64,000 nucleotides of DNA from Camelus dromedarius (GCF_036321535.1 NC_087436.1:114640001-114704000); one strand, 5' to 3'. Numbered from the stretch's first letter, positions 51,200 to 64,000 are shown. Made by a program: numbers and translations. The notes: generated from the sequence alone by a model not told the origin.

Positions 51200-51450
51200 G
51201 GGAGAATGTCCCCCATCTCTGCTTACATGCTCTCAGGGCTGTAGACCTCACCACTTCACCAGATGGCCCACTCCATCATCGGGCAGCTCTAGCGCAGAAC
51301 TGAAATGGTTTTCCTCCAGCACTGACGCAATGGGGTTCCGCCTTTCTCCAGAGGTCAGTCTTTTTTGGACTCCCTGAATCAAGTCTTCTCCAAGAATACA
51401 GTTACAGATTCTTCAGCTGTTTCTCAAAGGACACGATTTCTAGACTTCGT
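51200..51450 (-). mobile_element. L3/CR1 relic
   Basis: ctcaccacttcacc..cccactccatc..cagctcta..tcttctccaag..ttcttcagctgtt..gatttctagac. Confidence 0.55.
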
Positions 51451-54164
51451 TTGTTCATTTACTCATTCAGTGAACACTGGGCTAGATGTGAGGGATGCAA
51501 AGATGGTCTAATGTTGGTCTTGTCCGCAGAGTTCATGATGTTGGGAGGGAACAGCAGCGATTCCCTGGGCAGCTTGTTGGGAGCTAAAATGGCTGCCTGA
51601 GCAAGGTCCTAGAAGAGGAGAAAACCCACCTCCTAGAGGTGCTGGCTTCTGGGTCACTCTAATGAGAGTGTTTCCTGTGGTTCCTTCCTCACCAACCCTA
51701 CATTCTTCTGTCTGTGTCCTCTCCTTGAGTCTCCTTGAGTGTTGTCATAGACATCACTGGCTTCAAGAAGCACACATGCACGTTAACTGCAAAATCTCTT
51801 TCCCTAGAGCAAAGCCCTCCCCAGATCTCCATCCCCGGTTGTCCAGGTGCCTCCACGACCCCTCCACTGGCAATCCCAAAGTCACTTCCAGCTCAACACA
51901 TCACCACCCGAAGCCATGGTCTTTCTCCCAAGACAGTCTCAGAAAGCTTAGGGCAACCTGCCTCTCATCAAATAGCTAGCAAGTAACAGTGACCAAACTC
52001 AAACCCAACGCTGTCAAAGTCCATTCTCATTCTGGACTGCTTTCCACCCACTACAATCTTTGGGTCAGGAAATGTGGGAAGGAAGGTTCGCAGTCTTTCC
52101 CTCTTGTTTCACCTTCTCTCCGATGCCCTCTTCTGCGGTGCTCCATCTGGTATTTTGGTGCTCCTTTCTGCAAGGCTCTTGTCTCAGTAAAGAAATCAAT
52201 GCGAATGGCTTCCTCTTCCCTGAGGCCTTCACACTTTAAGCCTCCGCCTTCACACTGACTCACGACAGCAGAAAGAGTTATTCTCTGGGAACAGAGGACT
52301 TCCCAACCCTCACCGTATACTCAGTTCTACTATGCGAGTCTAGTGCTTTTCCACCAGAGGTGGAATCAGTTTTAGTCTCCACTGTCTCTCCAGGCCCCAG
52401 AGCAGTGCTTGGCTCAGAGCTGGTCTCGGCATCCCCTCACTGACTGGCTGGATCCTGTCTCTGCGCCGGGCCAGAGCATTTAAAGGTTAGCTTTAGAGTC
52501 TGAAAGTAAGTCCAGTTGTTCAGAATACAGTTCAATGCAGCATCTATTTAATGAGCATCTACAATATACTAGGTATAGTGCCAGCTCCTGGGATTTCAGC
52601 CGGAAAAAGACGCAGCTATGGGCTTCAGGCAGCTCAGAGGGGATGGAAGGGAGGGGCAGAGGGGGCAGCGGTGGTGGTAGGGGAGGTGGGGCAGAGCAAC
52701 GCAGTCGTTGTGTGGCAGTGGGACTGGTAAAAGACGCGAGGCACTGACATGGGGCGGAGCTGGGAGCAGCTCGCTCTGTGGGTGTGAGGGGGGGATGGGA
52801 GGGGGATGGCAAGGTGGAGCTCCCGCGACCCCCAGACCGTCAGCTAACTTTCCCAGGACAGGACTGAGCATGCTGTTCTTGATCCCTCTTGGGTGGAAGT
52901 GGAAATTCTTCCAGGGCCTGAAAGAGAAGTAAAATCTAGAATTGCAGTGTCTCAGAGCTGAAGGAGGTATCAGAAACATCTAGTCCAGTGGATTTCCAAC
53001 TTCCTTTTAGTAGCAGACACTTCAGCCTAAATCTTACCAGGACACCCACTTTGTAAAATGGATCCAAACTGAGTCTCCGGCAGCTTGAAAACCATGGTGT
53101 AGGCCAAGCCTCTCATTTTTCAGGTGAGGAAACCAAGGACCAAAGTCCCAGAACACACGAACGGCAATATTGGCCCATTGTGGGTCCCGGGTCTCCTCTC
53201 TGTGCTGCTGGCGGGTCTGGGCGGCGGAGGGACCAGCGGACAGCCCGCCGGCCTGAGATTAACCATCAGGTGCGGGAAGCAGTTACATTCTGCATGGGCG
53301 CGATCCGCCCGTCCCGTTCTCCCTCCCTGCAGTTTATGTCAAAACATGCAGGCGGGATCCTGCTTCTTCTCACGTTTTAAAAACATACAGTGGACTTGTG
53401 TTTACAGTACTGCAGGGGGATGTGACGCGTAACAGCAGAGCACACCACCCCCTGGAAGAGCCACCCAGCCCTGACCGTGGCTCTCTTGGTCCCAGACCAC
53501 AAACTCTGGAAACGCTCTCCTCTGGGCTCCAGTTCAGAGTCTTGCCAGGGGATGTCTCTGAGCTTCAGGTCTTAAACAATGTTATACGCTGTGCAAACAA
53601 ACAGCACCAACAACGATCTGCCCCTTGGATCCGAGCCACGTCTGTCTGGGCCACTCAGCCTGGGATGCTCGCAGTGGGGTGGGGAGGGAGAACAGATTAG
53701 GGATCAGATTTCCAGCTCCAGACCCTGTTTTCCTGCTTCTGTGGGACCATAGGTGGGCTTCTGAGCTCACTTGGCCTCAGCTTCCCCATCTGAAAAACGG
53801 CAGAAGCTACATAGCTTTGAGCTCATTTCCTGGTTTTCATGTGTGTGGGGGGGGGGGAGGGGTTGCTGTAAAATCTTTTTTAAAATGGGAATAGTACAGG
53901 CAAATCCAAAACATAAAATAGACGAAAGCCAAGCCGTTTGGTTTCAGGCAGCTGGAGAGACCTTGGTCACTGCCATCCCCTCTGCTCTTGGAGCCCTTGA
54001 GATGCCTCTCTGGATCCCTAGGGTCCTCAGCACGTGGTTGGATACCTCATGATTTCTCAGGTCCTTTGGGCTCAAACATTCGCACAAACAGAACTGTAAA
54101 TTCTAAGTCACAGTTGTGACTACAAAAATATGTCTGTGTGTACACGTATGAGAGACTTTACAAT

Positions 54165-54530
54165 TTGGCATTTTATTTTATTTTGACCAAGACATTGCAT
54201 TAAAAAAGTTGGCAGATCAAGGTTCACAGCAAAACTGAAGGAAAGGTACAGAGATTCCCCATGTACCCCCTGCCCCCTCCCTCCACAGGCAGAGCCTCCC
54301 CCGTCACCAACATCCCCCACCGGAGTGGTACATCCGTTCAAATTGATGAGTCTACATTGACCCCTGTGTGAAAAGTCCACCAAGAGTCCACAGGTCAATG
54401 AAGTACATTGTGTGGGTTTGGGCAAATGTATAATGGCAGGTGTCCACCAGTATGGAATGGTACGGAATATTTTCACTGCCCTACAAATCCTCTGTGCTCT
54501 GTCTCTTCATCCCTCCCACCTGCCCCTCCC
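54165..54530 (-). mobile_element. L1MC/L1MD-like 3' end
   Basis: aaggtacagagattccccatgtacccc..caacatcccccaccggagtggtacat..ttcactgccctacaaatcctctgtgctc. Confidence 0.88.
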
Positions 54531-55264
54531 AAGACATCGTATTTTTAACTGATTTTCTTGATTCGAAAAGGAATACATACTCATTCTTAGAAATGAAATT
54601 ACTGTGAAATAAAAATCCCATGAAATCCTGCTCTTCTGAATTGAAATTATATCAAAAGATGACTCTGCCACTTACAGAACCTTCCAGGTCGAATGAGCAC
54701 AGCTCAGAAGGCAACTGGTAAAGCCACTCACTCACCTTTGCTGGTTGGGAGATGACCCCGTTCTCTCTCCTGTGTGCCTCCTTCACAGGGAATGGATCTG
54801 TCTATGTATCATGACCCACTTGATCCTCAAACTGGAGGACAGAGGAAAGCGATGGGAAGTGCCTTTCAGAGGGAGAGGCTGTGTCTAGGACTGTGTGGTG
54901 AGGTTGGGAGAAGCCAGGAGTAGAACCCGGCAGGGCGGCTTCAGTCTGAGAAAATGAACCCTTCACTCATTGCCGCTATGATTCCTTTTTCTTTCTTTTC
55001 ACTTCTCTTTCTTTTGCTGCCATACTGGGAAGGAGCTTTGCGTCTTTATCCTGGACCATGATTCCCACAGCCCCGACCCCTACCCCCAATTCATCCCTGC
55101 ACCAATTTCCTCTGCCCTCCCTAGTCCCCCAGCTCCCATCTCAGACCCGTGGAGTCCAGGAAGAGACAGTGATAACCTAGGCCACCACAGGGTGAATGAT
55201 GACTGTGGCCACTGGCCCTCAGCATCACTACCACGGCCCTTCTCTGGGCTGTCCCGCACTGCAC

Positions 55265-55400
55265 AGGACACAGTGCTAAGGGACTACATTTCCCAGACTC
55301 CCTTGCAGCTGGAGTGCTAGGTCCTCTTTAGGCCCAGCTAGCAGATGCCCTTGCTGGGCATTTGGAAGGTGAAAGGGAAGCAACGACTCCCCACAGTTGA
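55265..55400. mobile_element. LTR33/LTR16-like fragment
   Basis: gactacatttcccagactcccttgcagctgg. Confidence 0.55.
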
Positions 55401-56194
55401 TGGCAAATCGCATGAATGGCAACAACGAAGCTTTCTGCAGCCCGCTGAGGTTTAAGAATGAATTCTTTCAGGCATCTTGTTGAGGAACCATCGCCTGCCA
55501 TACACATCACCTTCCTGAGTTTCCTCCATTTTCTTTAGTTTCCAGGCTGTAAAGTGGAAGTAAGAAGAACGCCTACTTCCCAGGGGTTCTGAAGACTACG
55601 TGAGGTGAGGCAGGGGAGGGCTCAGCACGTGCCTGGCACGGCCCCGGGCTGGTGGATTGCATTCCTTTCCATTTTCCACTCTGCCCTGGGCCTCAGTGCA
55701 TCTTACCTGCCCTGGAACACAGCCTCTTCCTTGAAGTAAACTTGAAGCCAACACTGGAACAGTGTTTCCCAAATGGTTCCACAGAACACCCCCTCGGATA
55801 CTAGGGTCCCAAGCACACATTCTGGGACCACCATCCTAGAATATTCCCTGGAAGAAGCGTTAGAGATCTTTGCTTTCACAACCCTCCATTGTAGGGAGAC
55901 TGGGAAGATGACTTTCCTAACGTTACATAGCAAGTGACTTGCAGGGGAACCCTGGTCTCTTAATTTTAGGGTCAGGAGGAAAAGTCATGATGAAATACCT
56001 GTTTTCCTATCTGTAAAAGTTTATAATAAACCCTTTTCTTTCTACCTCATGTGGGGCAAGTGATAGTAAAATATTATTTGTGAAAATGCTTTGGAAATCC
56101 TGTGAATATATGTCTATATATTCATATACACATTTATATTTGGAAAGGCTTCATATGAAGATAAGGCATCACTAATGATCAGTGTTTGTTAATT

Positions 56195-56650
56195 ATTGAC
56201 TAAGCGTTTGTTGAGCACCTGCTAGGTGTCAGTTACCACCCTCAGTGCTGGGCACACAGTGGAGAACCAGGCTGCCAGGGGGTTGCCTTCCTGGAGCTCA
56301 CACGCTGGGTGAGCTGGAGCTCGAAGGGAAACATAGAGACGCACAGAGGACAAATAAACAAATGAATAAACAAGACAATGTTGGGAGGTGATAAGTGCCA
56401 TGAGGAAGTAAAGTAGGGAGTTCCTATCAAGAGTGACAGGGACTGTTTTAGACTGGGTGGTCATGGCAGCCTCTTGGAGCAGGTGACCTTACACTGGCCC
56501 TGGATGACCAGAAGGAAGCAGGCAGGGGGACCTGGGAGGAGAGGATGCCAGGCAGACCGAAGGCTGGACCAGAGGCTTTAGGTGAGGCAGGACTGGTGTG
56601 GGATGATGTCCTACAGGGGAGGACCACACAGCCTGGCGCAAACAGAGTGG
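56195..56650. mobile_element. L2 relic
   Basis: tttgttgagcacctgctagg..ggtgataagtgccatgagg..ttttagactgggtggtca. Confidence 0.8.
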
Positions 56651-58224
56651 AGGAAAGGAAAAGGTGGTAGTTTGGATACCCAAATTCTAATCCTGGCTCT
56701 GCCACAAGGTAGCTGGCTTACCTGGGACATGCCATATCATAGCCCTGGCCTCAGTTTCCTTATCTGTCCAAGGGGAGCATAAATCCAGCCTTAGCCAGAG
56801 TTGTGCTACAACAGTGTGACCTGCCCTCAAACACCTCTGCTCAGAAGCCCAGTGATAAACCACAATCTGTCTCAGGCCTTTCCTGGAGTCGGAGCTGCCG
56901 GGATGAGGGCCCACCGACCATCCGCCAGCACACAAAATACGAGCCCTGTTCTGGCCCCACGGACAACAGGCGCAAGACAGAGGGTCTGCTTTTTCTTCTC
57001 GTGGACTCAAGCCTTCAAGCCTTTGGACTGAGTGCCAACAATAATTCATCAGGAACGCTTTACAACTCAGCATTACAAAACCTGTTAGGAGACAGATCGC
57101 CCGCAGGACGGGTTTGAGAAGGAAACGTGTTCAGGGCTGGTGACCTCAAGATGATTAATGATTTTTCACAGGGTGAACTCTGTCCTCTGCCTCCCATGTG
57201 CTGTGTGCTCCTTTGCTCCCTCACCAGCTTCTTTGCAGGGGAGGGGGAGGGGAACGCCAGAAGGGGAAGCCGGCTGATCAGAAAGAAAATGCAGGAACAA
57301 GAACCCTGTGTTGGAAAGGTAGGAACGTCTTATTGTGATGATTTTATTTTTATTTTTAATTTTTGCAAAAACAGCAACGCAGGTTCTATAATCTTGAAAT
57401 GTACAATCTGTCTCTGAACTCTGAACGAGCTCATTTCTCTGATGCATTCTGCACAGTGCCTTGTCTTTCACCATCTTTCGTATGATGAGCATCGCTCCCA
57501 TCTCCACGGACCCAAACCCTGACTTTATTGAATGTGGGATGTAACAGAAGAGGAAATCACGACGTTTTGACGTTTGAAGTCATGGAAACTTGATTTTTAC
57601 TTTTTAAGATGAAAAAAAAAAATACACAGCTGTGATATATGCTGTTTCAACACACCAAAAGTATAGCGTTATTGAAAGAAACACTTCTGGTCCCCCCATC
57701 CGCTTCTTTAGTCCTACAGCCCTGAGATCATCAATGTCAAATCGGTGCCGTCCTTGGTAGGCGCTTACCCACGTTAAACTGGCAATAGTCTCAGACACCC
57801 TCCTGCAGAAAATGGATGTTCAGATGCAAACTGAATAGTGGCGGACCTTTCCAATTTCGTGGGAAAAGCAAGTTTATGATGATGAGGATAAGGGCTACTA
57901 TTTATTGACTGCTTAGGTTAAAGCTACTCTTCTGTTGTAGTGCATTACGCATGCATTAATGACAACCTTATGATGACCACAGGAGGTGCTTACTAATATT
58001 ATCTGCATTTAACAGATGAGGAACTGAGCTGTGGGATAAGGCTGAAACAGTAAAAGCAGGATAGGAGTCCAGGACATCTCATTCTGGCCCTGGGGCACTG
58101 CTGGATGCACCTTTCTCAGTGTTAAGTCTTTCTTCTATAATAGTCCCTGAAACTCTCTTGACTACCCTGAATGTCTGCTTGCAAGTCATTACAGGCAACA
58201 AAACCAATGAGTAGGTAGGAAGTG

Positions 58225-58320
58225 ATTAACAGTATGCATGACTGGGGATTGTGCTGTACACCAGAAACTGACACATTGTAATGGACTGTACTTCAATTAA
58301 AATTAAAAAAAAAAAAAATA
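58225..58320 (+). mobile_element. very short 5'-truncated young L1 3' end with polyA
   Basis: tgtgctgtacaccagaaactgacacattgtaatggactgtacttcaattaaaatt followed by an A-run. Confidence 0.8.
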
Positions 58321-59149
58321 AGGGCTGAGATTCCGGTCTCCCATACCCACTGTGACAGCTTCTCCCCCAGGGGTCCCTGTTCTGGGTGAGCCTTCTTGAT
58401 GTTATAAACACATGTGTTTTTCTGCTCCTAAAACTACTCCTATTCCAAAAATCTTATTAACTATATAACCACTTCTTGGTATCTTGCCTGACTTTTAGGT
58501 GCTCCAATACCTGAACAGGTTTGAGAACCTCTGAACTTGACCCTGAGGGCATGACGAAGTGTGTAAAACTTGTCGACATGTATTTTGTGGTTGTTTTGTA
58601 AAAGCAGTCAAAAGATGACAAAGTATCCAAGAGCCCAGCTTTAGACTCAGAGCCTTGATTCAATTATGCCTCTTCCATGTAGCAATCGTGTGACCTTGGG
58701 CCTCAGTTTCCTCACCAGAAAATCGGGGATGATAGCACTACTTGCTTTATAGGGTTGGAATCAGGATTATTTGAAATGGTGTTAAAGGAAAGCATTTAAC
58801 ACAGTGCCTGGCCGACAGGAAGGACTTCATGTCTAGTAGCTGCTGTGATGAAAACAATCATTTACCCTACCTGTTCAGAATTCTTCCCCTCACTTTCACT
58901 AATCCATTTGGAAGAATCATCATCTGAAATGTATCAGTAGTTGCGCACTAGACTAGGCTGATACTACAGGTCCTTTTAAAAACTTTACAGAATATGAGAT
59001 CCATGCATGATAGAGGAAAGAAGGGAACTGGACAACTGGTAAAACACATCATCTGCCTCATTTTAAATTGAGAGTCAGGCAGGTCATTCCCCCACCTTGG
59101 CCAGTTCCTGGCAGATAGACCAGGTGGGGTGGGGGCCTTAGTGTAAGTG

Positions 59150-59355
59150 CTGGCTTGAGATGTTCTTGTTCTTATAAAGATCCTAAGCGAGGCCACCCTT
59201 TGGAAGATGCAGTCCAAATGAAGTCCCCCACTAAAGAACCAGAACAAAACAAAAATCTAATTACCTCCCAAAGTCTTCACCTCTGAATACTATCATATTG
59301 GGGTTAAAGTTTCAACATACGAATTTTGGAGGGACACGAATGTTTAGTCCATAGC
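59150..59355. mobile_element. MLT1A/MST-type LTR fragment
   Basis: atctaattacctcccaaag..ttcaacatacgaattttggagggacac..gtccatagc. Confidence 0.8.
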
Positions 59356-60517
59356 CGGCGGGCGCTCCGAGACCACAGGCCACTGCCGTCCACCTCAACT
59401 GGCTGAGTGAGTGGCAGCCAGCCCCTCTGTGTTGGGAGACTTCCTTCATTCTCTTAGCTTGTTCTCACACCTGACATTCTAGATGCTTCCCCTGCTGTAA
59501 CCATCTGACATGCGTCTAGTAAAGGTATCGGTGTCAACATATAGATTAAATAGCAGAGTGTATTTTTCTTACTTTGAGGTAAAGTGAGGAGAAATAGAAA
59601 TTCAGACAGTGATTCCTGCATCCCATTGCATTGCATCACATTCCTCAGTGGGAGGAAGACTGAAATTCAGGGAAGTGAGAACAGCGTGACCTTTCCGGAG
59701 CCGAGGTCACTCTGGGGCCCACGGACACAAGAGAGCAGGGAGCTGCACTGTAGGATTCTCGCTTTAACGGGGTTTGCTGCCTTCCTGCCCATCTGATTTG
59801 TTCTTCTCTTTCTACTGAGCATCTTTCTCATTCTCTCCCCTTGACCGACCTTTTCTTCAGTCTCCTCTGCTCCACTTACAACTGCGGCTCACGTGTGGTT
59901 CCTCATGACCTCTCCGTGGCTAAGGATGCAGAGCTGTGATCCTGGGCGGTGATGCTGCCTCTCGGAGCCTCGCTTTCCACTTCTGTAAAATACGGGAAAT
60001 AAACTACATGAGACGCCAGGTCCTTTCAGGAGAAACAGCTGTGCTGTCAATGTTGTATTTATTTCCCCTTCGCCTAGGAAAAGAGGCCGATGGTTTGAAG
60101 CTAGGCCTTGATTTGGATTCAAATGCGATTAGACATAATTTCCAAAGTTAGCTTGTCTGAAACCCAAGCCAAAGAGATTGAGAAGGGCAGGCATCCTCTT
60201 AAACTTGGTTTAAAGTAGAGCTCACTTTACGGCCAACCTAAAAGGTCACAGAGAATTCAAAGGCCAGGCTGACACAGACTTACACTTCCCTGAGGGCTAA
60301 GAGAGACAGCACATCAGAACGAAGTGAGAACTAGGAACGTTCGCAAGAGCGACAACCTGAAATACACTCTAATTTGCTAAAAAAAAAAAAAAAATTTTTT
60401 TTAAAAAGCTTTACTCTTTTGTCTCTTGTGATACAACCTCATAACTAACCAGTGTGCTGCAGCTTTGTGGCTGAAAAGCACCTGCAAATGCGTCATCGAC
60501 TCCTACTGCTAACACTT

Positions 60518-60541
60518 TGACCTTTGACCTCCCAGTGACCC
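60518..60541 (-). promoter_or_regulatory. composite nuclear-receptor element GGGTCA-N5-AGGTCA-N1-AGGTCA (DR5+DR1)
   Basis: The + strand reads TGACCT t TGACCT cccag TGACCC. Confidence 0.55.
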
Positions 60542-62604
60542 ACACCCAAGGGTATTTGCACCTTTTGTGCTTCCCTGTTGCCCTCACTTTGCCCCAGGCT
60601 GGGTGCCTTCCGCCCCCTGAGTGAGGTGTCCTTCCCCGTGGTTCCTTACTGCCCTCACATTTTCAATACATATTGCAAACCATTTCCAGAGACTGGGAGC
60701 TCCTGTGGGTAAGCACTTGTTTCTTATTACTAATTTCTCACTCCCAGAAAAAAAACAACCAACCAACCAAACAAACAAACAAAACACAGCTCCTGACACT
60801 TGGCAGGTGTTCAATATTTCAGTGAATAATGGTTCCAAAACCTAGGATTTTATCTCAGATTGCAGGGTAGTTAGGGAACAGGGGAAGTTACCTTGCTTTT
60901 GACTCAGTATCGCTTCGTGTCTTCCATTGACCACCATCCTTTGCCAAACTCATCATGTTTCTTGAGCTGACCAAACGTACAACAGTTACCTTGGGTGGGG
61001 TGGGGAGGACTTTAAAGGTTCCATCAGCAGAAAAAAAGCTAAGTAACTTGGAGTAAATCTCATAACTCAAGGCTTCATGATCTATAAGGATCATCAGCTC
61101 AAAGATTCTCACTTAATAGCAGTTTTAAATTTGGTAAAACCTCTCTACTCTTAAATCCCACTGACAGTTTCCCCTGCCTCTCTTCAACCCATCAGTAGCT
61201 TTTAGGACGAGAAATCTATAGCAGGGACCCTAAGCTGTCAGAGGGACCTAACGTTAAACAATGATGATACATGCAATTTGCTATTTTACAGTATCTGGAG
61301 TGTTCAGCCTATGCAAATGAATGGAAACACAGACAAAGCTTTGGGAATGAGCTACTTAGTAGGGTTATTTATCACTTGGGGAAACTGAAAGCGACCTACA
61401 GGGCCAACATCAAGGGAATAAATGGTTTGGCAAATTTCTCACGGATGACTCAGGTAACACCAATATTTACGAAGGATCTGCTCTGTGCCAGATGCCTTCT
61501 GGGTGTCATTTAGTACAGACGCCCTCTGAGTGGTTCGGCGAGGATGACATCAAGTGACCAGGCAGCTGTACCAGGGGCAGGTTCTCTGCGAGGGGAAGTG
61601 TGGAATGTGATAGGCATGGTTCCTAGATGTAGGATGGGGAGGACGTCTGGAGGGACCAGGGAACATTTTCAGAGGACAGTGATAGCTAAGCTGATTCATG
61701 AAAAAACTCAGACACTTGTGTTCTACACAGAGAGAAGGGTGTGTGCAAAGACCAGTTGCTAAGGTGACCTTATGCATTTGGGAAACTAGAAGAGCCCTGA
61801 TTGGCTGTTGTTCAGTGTAGAGTTTTGGAATCAGAAGAGGTAGGCTACAGTGGTAAGCCATGTTAAAATACTTGAATTTCTCCTTTGAGAAATGGGGAGC
61901 CACTGAAGATTCCCCTTTTTTTTGTCTCCCAGGAGGAGAGAAAACTATGTATCCAGAAAGCTTCCAGGACAAAGGAAAATAAAAATGATAGAATATTAAA
62001 AACAACAGGAGACATTGCACAGTTCTAAGTCTAATGTGATCTTATCTATGTAAAGACAAATAACAAAATGCATGAGAAAAATCCTAAACAAAAATATGCC
62101 AGAATGACAGCAGAGGCTGCCTCTGGGCGGTAGGATAACACATGACTTTTCTTTCTGCATCTTTACTGTTTCTCATACTGTCTAAACTTTCTACTTGACA
62201 GAGTCTATAATTTGGACAATCAGAAAAATACACAAAAATAACAATCTTACAACCTAGAGGTCCATGAAAGATAAATGTTGGCCACATGTTTCGTGGGGAT
62301 TCAGGGTGGCCTTGTTTTGGGGGCCCACCCTGACCAGATGTCCTCGTGGGAGAGGGAAGCCAGGGCCCCTCCCCTAGGAGAGAGTGAGGCCAGACACACG
62401 CCCTCCCTGCCTCCGGGTCTGGGCTGTGCTGCATGGCTGCCCATAAGCCCCAGCTCCTGCCCAAAGTGAACAAGGGAGACTTATACTGACCGGGGGACTC
62501 GGATGAGACATGGTCATGCTGAGTGTGAGCAGTCAGGGGAGAGGCTGACGTGAGAGGTCACAGTGTGGGTGGAATCTCAGTCTCTGTGAGCACCACGGCA
62601 TAAA

Positions 62605-63020
62605 GCATGGAAGAGGGGAGAGACGGACCCTGTCAGAGAGATGGTCAGACAGACAGACACAGAGTCATCGTAGAAGATACAGAGACAAGGCAAGGATACA
62701 GAGAAAAACAGACGAAGGAGAGGAAGAGACAGAAAGAGATGGGGAGACAAGAGAGAAAGACAGTGAGAGACAGAAGCAAAGAGAGATCATCAGAGGGAGG
62801 AAATACAAGGTGTGAGAGAGTGACAGAGAGAGAGAGAAACTGAAGGACCAAAAGAGGCAGAGTCAGGAGACAATGAGCAAAAAACAGGAATAGAAACAGA
62901 GACGTACAGAAACAGAGGGAGACACTGCAACCGAGAGTACAGGATGAAAGAGAGAGAAAGACAGAAGTGCAGAGACACGGAGATGATACACAGACAGGGG
63001 CTGGCAAGAGAGGAAGAGGG
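62605..63020. repeat. GA-rich (purine-strand) low-complexity tract
   Basis: Degenerate gagagacaga repeats over ~400 bp. Confidence 0.85.
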
Positions 63021-64000
63021 TGGAAGCGTGGCAAGCAGGGAATGTTCCCGGCAGGCACATCAGAGGATCTGTGTTTATCATGTCCAAGTGGTGGTGCGTG
63101 CTCAGAACCTTTTCGCAGACATGCATGGCCTGTCCTGAAACCCATTTCTTTCCTAGTTACATTCCCAAAGTGTCAGTAATATATTTTTTTAAAGGTTTAA
63201 AAAATCATTTGTATAACAAGCTGTAATTTATGAGGCTCTGCTGTAGTCAGGATTTTCACGATCACTTCCCTCCATTAAGTAGCTAATATTTTGGTTCCTC
63301 AGTGAGATTTTAATGCCCATTTTACTTATGTGGAATCTGAGGCCCAGAGGGGCTAAGCACCTTGTCCTCAGGGCATGACTAGCAATCCGCTGAGCTGGAA
63401 TGAAAGCCCCAGCCTCCCACACTCCCAGTTCCGGCGCCACTGCTACCGCACGCCCCGCTGCTTCAGTCCATCGTCGAGTCTTCAGTGCGCCATGCTGGGG
63501 GCTCTGTGTAGAGGGATCGGGAAAACAGCTTAATGCATCAGTAATCATTAAGTACCTGCTGTGTGCAAAGGCACTGGGGTGGTGGTGACACGGTGACAAC
63601 CAAGCCGTGGTTTCCACCCTCAAAATGCTTATGCTCCAGTTGGGAAGACTAAATTAACAGAAACCCATGACAGTCCCTCAGCTGTGCCCTGGGGCTTCTG
63701 GTTGACTTAGTTTGAACACCTACTGTTTTGGTGGCGAAAATCCAGAATCCTCCTTGCAATTTCCAGAAATTCTTGCTCCTCTTCTTCCTCATGGTCTCCT
63801 CTCTTTCTGCTGCTGCAACTCCATGGGCCATGGATTGGCTCTGGACCACTTGGGAAACTGACCGCGGCCCCTTGGCCATTTTATTTATCCAAAAATCTCT
63901 ACTCCTACGGGCACATGCTATGACTTCACCAGTGTTAATGAAGGTTTGGGAGGGAAGGGCAAGAACCCTCTCTCTCAGCGCCTGCTTTTCCCCCCTGCTG

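Noticed and set aside
60880..61000. Minus-strand donor-like sites (AAG|gtaact twice) suggesting an exon
   Set aside because: No convincing acceptor, partner exon or known peptide.
62607..63145. Arg/Glu-rich and Leu/Ser-rich ORFs
   Set aside because: Translations of the GA-rich low-complexity tract.
63649..63879. 76-aa minus-strand ORF with a good Kozak context (MAKGPRS...)
   Set aside because: No recognisable homology, exon structure or retrocopy hallmarks.
1..64000. CRISPR arrays, operons, rRNA or other prokaryote-type systems
   Set aside because: The sequence is mammalian intron and intergenic DNA; no regularly spaced repeats or long coding frames were seen.

Overview
Mammalian genomic DNA, most likely camelid (tRNA-derived SINEs resembling Vic-1, plus camelid-type L1 3' ends). 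The AT-rich first ~10.7 kb is the 3' end of RAB28 on the + strand. It holds the 95-nt cassette exon for the 'L' C-terminus (RIVRAEIVKYPEEDHQLTSSAQSRICSVQ*, exon 8451-8545), the terminal exon for the 'S' C-terminus ([30 protein letters not shown], 9767-9859) with a 3'UTR and two AATAAA signals, and a degenerate counterpart of the human third ('V', GHFIIF...) exon near 6642. The remaining ~53 kb is intergenic and visibly more GC-rich. It is dense in old repeats (MIR, L2, L3/CR1, L1M, MLT1, LTR33-like, MER5/58/63), with several repeat-free, motif-rich islands that look like enhancers. I see no other protein-coding gene; the ORF track is repeat-derived or random. I found no wholly new biological system. 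The best leads are the splicing and polyadenylation logic of the RAB28 C-terminal exons, a CpG-island-like stretch built from an L2 relic, and a composite DR5+DR1 nuclear-receptor element. Repeat family names and human isoform sequences are recalled from memory, not from searches.
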